Shown here: positions 1-10,268 of the stretch, piece by piece | Numbering within the stretch: the stretch's first letter is position 1 | Layout of the letters: every line of letters starts with the position of its first letter | Assembly: GCA_002811645.1 (NCBI GenBank) | Contig: PDIP01000067.1 | Coordinates: 54,550 to 118,549 of the forward strand | Reading direction: 5' to 3' | DNA length: 64,000 nt | DNA from: Corallochytrium limacisporum Hawaii | Lineage: Eukaryota > Protista > Pluriformea | Notes under the pieces: model-generated | Told to the model about the DNA's origin: nothing | The model's database searches: none | What the model saw: only the letters and a program-made list of their open reading frames with translations | Translations under genes and position numbers: made by a program

Positions 1-971
1 AAACGAAGCTTTCAAACCATAATGTAAATTATGCACTTTTTTATTGAACAGAGGTTGGTACGTCTTTGTGTATTGCAATCTTGGGGGAGTGTGTTGAAGG
101 GGAGGGGGGGGGGAGGATGAAAATGAAGGAGAAGGGGGGGGGTTTAGATCCTGGGTCTCATTTCCTCACGCCCCTCCCGCATCTTTGCTTCCTGTTCCTC
201 TTCCACGATCCGTAGCAGAAAGAGAGGAAAAAATTTATCCACAACGCGCATCCGGGAATATAGACTCCAAATAATTTCAATAGGCGATCTATTGGAAAAC
301 CCAAATGACGCACGGGCGGGAACTTTTTGGACTGGGTAAGCACTGGAGACAGCATTCGGGCTGGCGTGTCGCTAGTGTGCGGGTGTGTCGTTGCCTTCGA
401 CTGAAAACTGTCCAGTGTCGCATTGGCGTGCGCAGTTTTGGCGGTACATCGGTGTAGAAGGAAGCGGAGTATACCAATGGTACTTGTTGTGCCAATTTCA
501 AGACGGAATCCGCTGTGCAGCAGCTGTTGTGTACAATTCTATACCACCGTATAATCACAAGGGTGTATCTGATCAATTAGAAGATGACTCCAGCCCCACT
601 GGAGACACACGCGGATAGATATCCCGACGAGGTGAGGGAGTGCGCAGCCTCCCCCGGCTATCCCCCGTGAAGGACAGGTGGGGCCGGGGGGAAGAGGGGG
701 GGAAGGACTGGCAGCCAGTCGCAGACATACGCAGACTCTACAGCTCATAAACTGAATTGCGGCATCGGCTCCTGTGCCTGACCGATGGATGATTGGTACA
801 TTCAGGGACATATTTACAAAGCAAATGAGATGTATACATTTACATGAGCAGGTCAAGGAGCAGTACGTAGGTATTTAATTGCTTTTCTGTGAGGATAACT
901 CGGGGCCTCAGTTTTCTTCTGCCAACCTTGTTCAACCCGGATCTGCGTATTTTCGCTTCATGTCTAGCACC

Positions 972-2314
972 ATGTACAGACACAACTTCGTCTACGGTCT
1001 TGTTCTCGCATCTCTGTCCTCTCATACGCTGGCATTCTCTTCAGCAGAGCACAAAGCCATTGGAGATGGTCTCAATTTGCGGTTCCTCTCGGATCCCACT
1101 GATCCCCATTCCGAAACCGTTGAGCGTTTGGCCGGCGACTACCCTCTAATCGATGTTCCCGATGTAGGCACCATTACTTATGGTGACCTTGTTGCTGCCC
1201 CCGACTACTTTGGTCTGCCTAGCGATCCGCTGGCTGACTCCGATGACAATGACAGGGACATGGAGACGCGCGCCCAGGGGTGGTTCCAATCCTGGTACCA
1301 AATCATGGATGGCAAGAATGAGTTTGGTTTCGGATCCAAATCATACCAAAACCTCATTTTCAACAAAATCTATCCCACCGAGAAGGAGCATGCCTTCCAG
1401 GCCATTGCTGAAGGCAAGGATCCAGCCATTAACTGGCCCTCTTGGGAGAATGAACTGCGCCTAATGACAGCTCTCAGAGACTGGGACGCCTCTACCTACC
1501 TGACCCTGGAGGGTCACAACATTGACCACTGCCAAGACCACGGAGATGCCAAGAAGGCCTACAGGGCCATGCGACTGCTGGCCCTCCAGACGGCCCTAGA
1601 AGCGGGTCGGAACAAGCAGGAAGACGGACTGCGAATGGCATACATGATGAATGCATTTGCGGATCACTTCCTCAGCGATCAATTCGCTTCCGGACACACG
1701 CGCGTGCCTCGCAGGAAGCTCATGGATGTCCTTGGACCCGACTGTGGCGGACAATGGACCTTGAAGGAGCATGACTATGAAAATGAGGTTGGATTGTTGC
1801 TCCAGAATCAAAATGAGACATGGCGTGCCAGGGGTGACAAAGAGTATTTCACCGACAAGAACGCAGCTCATCTCGCCGTGCCAACGCGACCGTGGCCGTA
1901 TCAGCGCAGGGTGTCTTCGATATGTACCTTGGTGCGATGCGTGGGGATCCGATTGACATCGACGATCCCAAATGGTTTGAGGCCTGGGACTACGTTCCCA
2001 GCTCAGACCTTTTCCAGAATTTCCCGCCTCTGTTCAAGGTGGCCGATGACGGTACTCTGTTGATTCGCAGCTCCATTACCGACATTTACGAGCGAAACTA
2101 TGTGCCAATGGGCGACCACAGTTTTCTGCTATGTGAGATGAAGATGGAGTGGGACGGACATAAACTGAAGGATCGCGAGTACAAGGGTGATGTCTGCAGT
2201 GATGAAATACCATGCGCTAATGGCAACAAGTGCTCTGACAGTGAATACGGTACTTGTGGTGTGACCCCAGACACCAGTCGACGCCGCCGCAATGTGGAGG
2301 ACATGGGCTTCTGA
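972..2314 (+). CDS. Secreted zinc-dependent phospholipase C (Legionella PlcA/PlcB, Pseudomonas PC-PLC-like) with a one-base frameshift near 1874 and a small Cys-rich C-terminal module
   Basis: Signal peptide MYRHNFVYGLVLASLSSHTLA, then FSSAEHKAIGD, YGDLVAAPDYFG, HNIDH, NAFADHFLSDQFASGH, HDYENEVGL, WRARGD. ORF 879-2063 joins ORF 1892-2314 by a -1 shift at CTC/CGC (about 447 aa when reconstructed). Confidence 0.72.
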
Positions 2315-2490
2315 AGAATTGATTTCCCTTCGTCTACGTGAGACTTGTAGTGTCTTGACACACAGCACACTCTAAATACAAGCGCAGAAAATATTGTACT
2401 CTTATCGATGTCATATTGATGTGGATGTTGATTGTTCGCACCTTCACCGTTCTTGCCGTCGTACCGAGCTGTTTTTCGACGTGACAGCAA

Positions 2491-3627
2491 CTACAGTCGG
2501 GACAGGTACTCAACAGCATTCTTTACCATGCTGGGCTCCAAATCACTGACCTTACTGGCACCAACAAGGGCCATGCTCAGCTTCAATTCCTCTCGCAGAA
2601 TTTGCAAGATATCGTATGCTCCCTGTTGCCCGTTGCATGCCATACCCCAGAGAATGGGACGACCAATGAATACGGCCTGCGCACCCAAAATCAGTGCCTT
2701 CATGGCATCGGAGCCGCGGCGGATACCACCGTCGATCCAAACTTCACACTTCTTGCCCGATTGACGTACCGCTTGCACCACCTCGGGCAAGGCATCAATG
2801 GTTGCAGAGACAGTGTCCAGTTGCCTTCCTCCGTGGTTGCTCACCACGATCACATCCACTCCGTACTTTACAGCCATTGTAGCGTCCTCGTGGGTGAGGA
2901 TACCCTTTGCTGCAATAGGCAGCTTGGTGATACTGCGTAGCCACGCGATGAAATCCCAAGTCAGGCGAGGGTCGATCTGGTTGGCAATATAGGCGGCAAG
3001 ACCACTGTCCTTGTCGTTCCCGGAAGCACCACTGAATTTCTTGTCCGACTTAAGCTCTTGGAAATTTGCAATGCCTAGGTTTGGAGGAAGAGCAAAGAGG
3101 TCTCGCTGGTCCGCGTCGCGTTTGCCCAAGAAGGCAGTGTCCACTGTGACTACAATGGCCTTGTATCCCTTTCGCTCCGCCCTCCGAACCAGTTGTTCGG
3201 TGATCTTTCGGTCCTTATACACATAGAGCTGGTAGAACCGCAGACCTGCATCTGCATTGTCTGCGACATCTTCAAGGGAGGTGGTACTGAGACTGCTGAG
3301 GATAAAAGCAGTCCCTTGGCGAGCAGTCGCAGTGGCGGACCCAATCTCCCCGTCCGGGTGGGCCATTCGATGAAATGCAGTCGGGGCCACACATATTGGC
3401 ATGCTCACGCGATGGCCCAGAACAGTAGTTGACAGGTCCACGTCACCTACATCACGCAGAATGCGAGGTCGCAACCGCAAACGTTGGTAAGCTTCCATGT
3501 TGTCTCTCAATGTGATTTCATCCTCAGCACCAGACTTGTAGTACCCGATAGCATTCGAGCCAAGCTTTTTCAGGGCTAAAGTCTCATAGTCATTCACGGT
3601 GACCAGCCGGTTTCCCAGTTGAGCCAT
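2491..3627 (-). CDS. HAO1: Peroxisomal FMN-dependent (S)-2-hydroxy-acid oxidase (glycolate oxidase)
   Basis: 378 aa; APTAFHRMAHPDGE, FYQLYVYKDR, VVSNHGGRQLD active-site motif, DGGIRRGSD; C-terminal PTS1 SRL. Confidence 0.95.
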   Translation of the reverse strand: MAQLGNRLVTVNDYETLALKKLGSNAIGYYKSGAEDEITLRDNMEAYQRLRLRPRILRDVGDVDLSTTVLGHRVSMPICVAPTAFHRMAHPDGEIGSATATARQGTAFILSSLSTTSLEDVADNADAGLRFYQLYVYKDRKITEQLVRRAERKGYKAIVVTVDTAFLGKRDADQRDLFALPPNLGIANFQELKSDKKFSGASGNDKDSGLAAYIANQIDPRLTWDFIAWLRSITKLPIAAKGILTHEDATMAVKYGVDVIVVSNHGGRQLDTVSATIDALPEVVQAVRQSGKKCEVWIDGGIRRGSDAMKALILGAQAVFIGRPILWGMACNGQQGAYDILQILREELKLSMALVGASKVSDLEPSMVKNAVEYLSRL

Positions 3628-3794
3628 TATGAAACCGTAAAACGTATCTAATTTGTTCGCTTCTGGGCACTGATGATTCCTCGTTCTGATATGCTCTCAG
3701 TAATCTTAAACACGCACAAATACCCGCAAAGACTACCGAAGCGGGACAGCCACTTTGCGATCACACAGTTGATGTCCCTTGGGACTGTCCACCA

Positions 3795-3838
3795 ACTTGG
3801 TTGAAAACCCCCCCGGGGGGGGGGGGCTTCAACCAAGT
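3795..3838. repeat. Inverted repeat: perfect 11-bp arms around a C7/G12 core
   Basis: ACTTGGTTGAA (3795-3805) and TTCAACCAAGT (3828-3838) are exact reverse complements; about 170 bp upstream of the HAO1 ATG. Confidence 0.85.
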
Positions 3839-5956
3839 ATTTGGGATGGCCATTCGTCAGACATTTGCCCTGTGGCAGCTAGAGACTTCACTCGTCACCG
3901 TCCCAATGCTTCCTCCCTCGCTCCGGAAGGGCGGCCCAGCAGTGGCGATGAGTTATCCAATGAAGAAAATAAACAAAAAAATTAACAGCTGGTGGGGTCA
4001 GTGACACGGCATCGGCCAGCAGAAGCGTTTGCTCATCATTGAATCGTGCAAACACTGCCCTTTGTCCCAAAATTAGACACCCACAGCTGTTCATTATTTT
4101 CGTCAGCAATCGACAAACTGCACAATATACGAGTGAGCCCCCACTGTGGACACCCGCGATCCGATCTTGTTCACAATACCCGCGGTCCGATGCGCATGTC
4201 GCTTCACCGCCGCGTTCAGCAAACGTCAAGGCCACCTGCAGTAAGTCAGGGTACCAGATGGTGTACAGTGCGCAACGAAGAGGAGTCCGAATCGAGAGTC
4301 CGCGGCCCGTGCGAACTGAACACAAAAGGAGGGTGTGACGTACTTGTGGGTCCCTTTGCCGATAGAAAATGCCCCGCTGAAGCAATGGGCCATCGGTCAG
4401 GCTACAGGCAGAGCACTACCACCTGTCTTCCACCGCAATCGCCGGCCTAGCGCCCCTTTCCTTACCCATTTGCCTCCCCTTCCTATCCTGGCCCTCACAC
4501 CGATGCCCTGTCGGTATATTCGCTATAGACTTCCACCCTGTTCATTACTATCGGATTCAATATTTCAATAACTTCGTGATCTTGATTGGGGGAAGGGGGG
4601 ACATTGTAAATAATAGACTCCCATTGGGCCCCCCAGCGGCCAGCCCTTCCCAACGATCCGAAGTTCAAAGTTGGGGGAGGGGGTGGCACGGGTGGGGGGG
4701 GGGCTCGAGGCTGCTGTGCCATTGGCTGTGAGCTCGCTTGCTGCCTGCTAACACTGGAACTGAGTGAGTACCTGACCGTTCGAAATTGGAACCCCCCCCG
4801 GTGGGGTTCACTTTGTGAAAGGGAAGTACCAGTGGTACCGTTGATTGGGGGGGGAGGAGGTTAGATATCGCAGTTTGAATGATAACAGGGAACCAAAGAA
4901 GAAAGGAATCAAGAGGACAGGTGGTAGGCACTGACACCAGCTGAATTCACAGAGCGATGGACGCAAAGGGCAGGATACTCAAGACAGGCGAAAGAAAAAA
5001 CAAAGGAACACAACTGTATTTCCCGAGACAAACACGCCACCACCACGGCCATGCCACAACAAGTTTGGTCGTTTTCTTGCCCCCTTCCCCATATCCTTTC
5101 TACCATCGCTCCGGCTTCTTCTTTATCGGTTCCACCGTCCTCTGCAGATACATACTCGTACGTACTATTACAACCCAAGCACTGGCGAGTGTCTCCATTT
5201 GGTGTTGGATGGTTGGGGTGTTGCTAGTTCCTGTTGCTCCCTGTTCTGTTCCGTCGTTTGCTCCATTTCGTTCCACGGGACACCTACACTCTCACCACTC
5301 AGACTGCGGTGTTGTCCAGTGGTGCCGCTGTTGCTGTGTTCTCGTGCATGAGAATATTCGACCCAATGTTCGACCCCGTACTACCACTAAACGTTGTTAC
5401 CACTGGAATCTTCGGCAGTGTCACAAGGCGGCGGGCACAACACCACTGTCCCCACCACAACCAACCAACAGGGAGACCTAATAAGAGGGGGCTGGACAGA
5501 CCGCCATAGCATATGAGAGGGGCCAAAAGCGGTGTGAGGCGGCCATCTCACTTGGAATAGTAACTCAGTGCGAGTGGCTTTGCTGAGAAAGGAAAGAGAG
5601 TGTGGGAGATGAGGCGATGGTGTGAGTTTCAGAGACAGTCGCATGAGCACAGAAGTGCTTTTTAGATGTTTGGCCATTTTAGCAGCGTGGATGGTTGTTA
5701 CAGTTTCAAGAAATGGACAACAAATGGACACCCAACACAGCTAGCTGTAATTGCACTGCTCTGAATTGATGGGTATAAGGGCACTGATATTGCAATGACT
5801 TAGGATACGTTTGGTGATAGACCTGGTTGCTAGTTCACGAAACATCCAAGGACCACGACTTTCGGAGCAATTTATGGCTATGGAATCTGGCATGAAAAGC
5901 AACAGTTCACTAGTGGATAGAGGATAGGTTACGATAAGGACAAGTTTGCTTTGTTC

Positions 5957-7420
5957 ATGGGTTGCAACGGGTCCAAAAACCTTCCAGTGGAGCAGCCCCC
6001 GAAGGACCCGAACAGCGAAGACGAGAACAACGACCCTCGCAACGGCTCTGATCCAGCTGGTCAGTCAAAACAGAACCTCGCCGACGACCACTTCGAAAAG
6101 GACAACATGGGTGGCGGTCAGAGTAAGGACCAAACGGTCGCCAAGGCCAAGTCAATGCTTAGCACAGCTGAGTACAGATGTGTTTGTGAGGCATTTGAGA
6201 ACCTTACAGGAAACTCCAAGGATCCTGATGCTGCTATCACAAAACGCCAGTGGGTGAATTACATAACCACTCTCAGTGTGCCAGTGGGTGCTGGCTTCTT
6301 TGATGCTTTTTTGAGCACAGGACCGCCCCTAGACGAAGATCCTGGCACGGTCATCAAAGGCATGCCCTTCAGTGCATATCTAATGGGATGCGCAATATTC
6401 CTTAGTCGCAACGTGGAGAAGATCAGTCTGCTGGTGGCACGTATGCTCATCGGTGAAAATGTGCAGTTCACCATGGAAAGGCTGGCAGAACTTTTGCAGG
6501 CACTGATCGCGTCGGCAATGAACATGGATGAGACGGCGGAATCGGCGGGCAGGTTGGCGCAATATTTCCTGGAGCGCATTAAGAAGTATGAGCAGGAGGC
6601 AGAGACGCATACTGTGGTACCCACACATGGCATCACCACTCTGGCACGGTTGGAACCCATCTTTTGCGACATACTGTACGTTATTGTCTCACAAAGCATC
6701 ATTGCTCCCTTCAGTACCAGTGCCCAGGACGTACTCTCTGCACCGGCCCTGTCACCTAACATGAAGGGCGGTAGTGGTATGGGACTACTGGACACGCCAA
6801 TGGCCTCACTACTGTCCTACCAAATGTCTGCCGAGTGCCGCAAACGGTGGTCAGTGGTCTACAGCCGCCGCAAGGATGGAGCATCCTTTGCCAAGTTCCA
6901 GCAGACCCTTCTGAAGAGTGGACAGTGCGTTGTGGTGATTCGTGACAGGGGTGGATTCGTGTTTGGATGCTACAACTTCACTCGCTGGAGGCAGGCTGCA
7001 CAATTTTACGGGGACAGTCGATCTTTTGTGTTCAGTGCGAAGCCGAAGGTAGCCATCCATACCCCACAAGGACATAATGACAACTACATGTACCTGAACT
7101 TTGGACAGCAGACCCTGGCAAACGGGTTTGGTGTGGGTGGACAGATGGGCTATCATGCAATTTGGATTGACCAAAACTTTGAAGATGGGCACTGCAAGGG
7201 CAATCCGAGCACAACGTATGGAAATCCTCAATTCACAGAGAACGAAGAATTTGAGGTTGCAGATATTGAAGTCATTGAGGTGTGCCCGCCGCCCAAGGAT
7301 GAGGACGAGGAAGATGGCGCCGGCACCTCCATCTTGGACAAGGACCAAGAAACGAACCTGGTTATGGAACTAGCCGGACGTGGACAAAAGTCAAAGCACA
7401 TTCGGCAAGCAAAGGATTAG
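5957..7420 (+). CDS. MEAK7: N-acylated TLDc-domain protein (MEAK7/TLDC1-like)
   Basis: Starts MGCNGSK (myristoylation/palmitoylation pattern); C-terminal TLDc motifs DGASF, GFVFG, FYGDSRSFVF, NDNYMYLN, STTYGNPQF. Confidence 0.8.
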   Translation: MGCNGSKNLPVEQPPKDPNSEDENNDPRNGSDPAGQSKQNLADDHFEKDNMGGGQSKDQTVAKAKSMLSTAEYRCVCEAFENLTGNSKDPDAAITKRQWVNYITTLSVPVGAGFFDAFLSTGPPLDEDPGTVIKGMPFSAYLMGCAIFLSRNVEKISLLVARMLIGENVQFTMERLAELLQALIASAMNMDETAESAGRLAQYFLERIKKYEQEAETHTVVPTHGITTLARLEPIFCDILYVIVSQSIIAPFSTSAQDVLSAPALSPNMKGGSGMGLLDTPMASLLSYQMSAECRKRWSVVYSRRKDGASFAKFQQTLLKSGQCVVVIRDRGGFVFGCYNFTRWRQAAQFYGDSRSFVFSAKPKVAIHTPQGHNDNYMYLNFGQQTLANGFGVGGQMGYHAIWIDQNFEDGHCKGNPSTTYGNPQFTENEEFEVADIEVIEVCPPPKDEDEEDGAGTSILDKDQETNLVMELAGRGQKSKHIRQAKD

Positions 7421-7545
7421 GAGTAAGTGGTAAGAGATGAGAAACAGAAGGTTTGTTATAGTTTATAGTACAGAAAATTACATGATTTCGATTTCAGAAA
7501 AGCCGACTTTTTGCATGAACAGATAGGCTTGGTACTGGCATTTTC

Positions 7546-9462
7546 CTAGGTCGCAGATGACGATTTCTCCTTGGTCTTCTCCGAATCTGTTTCGTAGTCC
7601 CTGTGCATCATCTGCGCCATCACCTCTTGTCGATCTGTCCGGGACCTGAATGCATTGGACTCCATTGCGGCTTCCCACTCGTCCTGCTTATGAGGTGCCG
7701 CCTGACCAGCAGGGGCTGTAAAGTCTGGCTCCCGTCGCTTCTTGGCCTGGTCTTCTAAAGTCGTTCGACAATGCAAGGGCTCCAGCACAGGCTTCAAGGC
7801 CTCGAGGTAGCGCTGCAGAAGTCTCTCGCCGCCCATGCCATCGATAGCGCGACGAAGGTTCTTATAGTGACTGAACCGTGCGCCCTCATCGGTCATGAAT
7901 CGGTACAGTACATCTGTCGTGTCGGCGGCATCCCGAACCACCAGCGTGCGGTTGGCGCTGTCAAAATTGAGGTGGTCTACAATTTCCTTGAAGTTGGCCA
8001 TGTGCGGTCCGTGAAGGACAATAGAGCCGCTTCGAACCGCTTCAATAAAATTGTGACCACCTATGCCTGGCTGCAGAGATCCTCCAACAAAAGTTGCATC
8101 TGCAAGTTGGTAAAACAGTGATAGTTCACCCAAAGTGTCCACAATGTACACGTCCACGCCGTCCCGAATCGGCTCTCGTTGGCTGCGACGGGCACACCAA
8201 AGATGGTACTTATTGGTGAGCTCTTTTGCAATCGCTTTACCACGTTTCGGGTCACGTGGAGCAATGATGGTCAATGGGTTCGCTAGGTGCCGCTTCTGCA
8301 GTTCTAAGTGGACATTGGCGCACATATCTTCCTCACCTGAGTGCGTACTCGCTGCCAGCCAGACGTGACGTCGCTTTAGTTTGCGCTCCAGCAAGTCTCG
8401 TTCTACCTCGTCACAAGGCAAGTTTGGTGCACTCAATTTGAGATTGCCAATATACGCACTATTGGTGAGTTCAAGGTCAATGTAACGGCGCAGATCCTTT
8501 CGGCTGGCAGCCAGAATGACTTCGTATTCAGACAGCAGACCACGAACTGCACTACGCAGCGGCCAGCGCTGCCAGAGGCTCATGCTGCGCTTACTCATGC
8601 GCCCGTTCACCACTGCTACAGGAACTGCCCGATCAATGGTGGTGCAGAGCAGATTCGGTGTAACATCTGGCTCGAAAAGCAGCGCAGCATCCGGATTCCA
8701 ATGGTCCATGAACCGTTTTACGTATGCCGGTATGTCATAAGGCGCATACTGAATGCAGGTCCGGTCGGGCAGCTTCGGTGCCAGCACATTGTACGATGAC
8801 ACACTGTTTGTGGTCATCAGTACATGCAAGTCTGGGTAGCGATTGACTAAGGTCTTGACCAGGCCAATACAAGCTACCGCTTCACCAACGTTTGCACCAT
8901 GGACCCAGAGCAGTGGATGCTTGCCGTCTGCGGGAGGCCGTTCCACCGTCGTTAGACCGTAGCGGTTCTGAAACCGCTCCGGCTCTGTGTCTTCCAGGCC
9001 CTGGTCTTGTCTCCGTCTGGCGTAGAACGGCGGAATCAATGGCGTAGCCATGGCTGTGAGCGCGGTGTATACTTTGAATACCCAGTGGCGGCGACTGAGG
9101 AACATCATCCCAAATGTGGAATCCGTCAAAGACGCGGTTAAACTAGTCGATTTTTCTCCCCTGGCTTTTGATCTGCTATTAGAACCTACGAACTCTTCCT
9201 TTGATCCTCCTTTCGGTGGTCCCCACAACCCTTTCTTTTTGACTCCTGCCATTCTCTGTCCTGCCACCTGTCTCTGTTTTTTAATTCTACCTGGATACGC
9301 CCCTGCCGAGCGGATACCTCCGGCTCCTTGGTTCGGATCATCATCGAAGGCCGTTGCATAAGGACGAAGACTGTGCAACACACCAACGACAGATCCAGTT
9401 GGGAGGTGTTTTCCAGCGGTGCTCCGTCCTAGCTTTGCAGCAGTTGATGCCAACTGGAGCAT
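7546..9462 (-). CDS. kdtA: 3-deoxy-D-manno-octulosonic acid (Kdo) transferase, GT30, with mitochondrial-type presequence
   Basis: WVHGANVGE, QYAPYD, NGRMSKRS, GNLK, WLAASTHSGEE, IIAPRDPKRG, DTLGEL, FVGGSL, GGHNFIEA, GPHMANF. The N-terminus is basic, rich in hydroxylated residues and free of acidic residues up to RPYATAF. First ATG at 9462. Confidence 0.92.
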   Translation of the reverse strand: MLQLASTAAKLGRSTAGKHLPTGSVVGVLHSLRPYATAFDDDPNQGAGGIRSAGAYPGRIKKQRQVAGQRMAGVKKKGLWGPPKGGSKEEFVGSNSRSKARGEKSTSLTASLTDSTFGMMFLSRRHWVFKVYTALTAMATPLIPPFYARRRQDQGLEDTEPERFQNRYGLTTVERPPADGKHPLLWVHGANVGEAVACIGLVKTLVNRYPDLHVLMTTNSVSSYNVLAPKLPDRTCIQYAPYDIPAYVKRFMDHWNPDAALLFEPDVTPNLLCTTIDRAVPVAVVNGRMSKRSMSLWQRWPLRSAVRGLLSEYEVILAASRKDLRRYIDLELTNSAYIGNLKLSAPNLPCDEVERDLLERKLKRRHVWLAASTHSGEEDMCANVHLELQKRHLANPLTIIAPRDPKRGKAIAKELTNKYHLWCARRSQREPIRDGVDVYIVDTLGELSLFYQLADATFVGGSLQPGIGGHNFIEAVRSGSIVLHGPHMANFKEIVDHLNFDSANRTLVVRDAADTTDVLYRFMTDEGARFSHYKNLRRAIDGMGGERLLQRYLEALKPVLEPLHCRTTLEDQAKKRREPDFTAPAGQAAPHKQDEWEAAMESNAFRSRTDRQEVMAQMMHRDYETDSEKTKEKSSSAT

Positions 9463-10268
9463 TGTGTTATGTTTTGTTCGAAATGCTTTCACTCTTAGGT
9501 CTCAGAATGCGTTGAGGTCGCCACAGACAGACTAAGAAGGCCGCTCTTGTTGTACCTTCTTCTAGTCGAAACACTTGCCCGGGGGATTGTGAATCAGGGC
9601 CGGTGGCGCCCCTTCCCCGTCACCTTCCCTCCATCTCTCATTCCAAAACCGCCCCCCTTGCAATTTTCTTCCCAGTCTCGCACTCTCGCTGTGCGCCATG
9701 GCTCTCTGCCTCAGTTCTCCGTTCCAATGCCTTGCGTTTGTTGGGGGGTGGGGGGGGAGTAGTTGGTTAACCCGGTCGGCTTGCTCTCCCTCTCTCCGTC
9801 TCCACTGCGTGAATTCCATGGGGGCCTATTTGCCGGGAAGGGAATGCCACCCGTCTGGAACCAAGGGGCCGAGTGGGACCGTCCACTCCCCGCCCCTCCG
9901 GGACGGTCGAGTGTGTGGAGTCTGTTCGGAGACCCGCGTGGCTGGGCGGGCGGGTTCAACGCCAAGTGGGCTAGAGAGTTTTACTATGTGCCTCAGCGCA
10001 TTGGAATTGGGTTTCATCGCCTTTATTTGCATTTGTATCGAGTACTCGTGTCTTGGACCGTTTCAGGTATTTAACAATTTGAGTTTTGAAGTAGATATTT
10101 AGACAAGAGGATGGATCGAATCAGATGTTGGCTCATGGTGCCATGTTTCGGAACAGACTGGGGAAAATCTAAACCATGTGAGAAGCACATTGGATAAAAG
10201 ACAATTAAGATTGACGAAATTGATACCCAAGCTCGGTTATTCAACCCTTGCCCGAAATACGAATAGCA

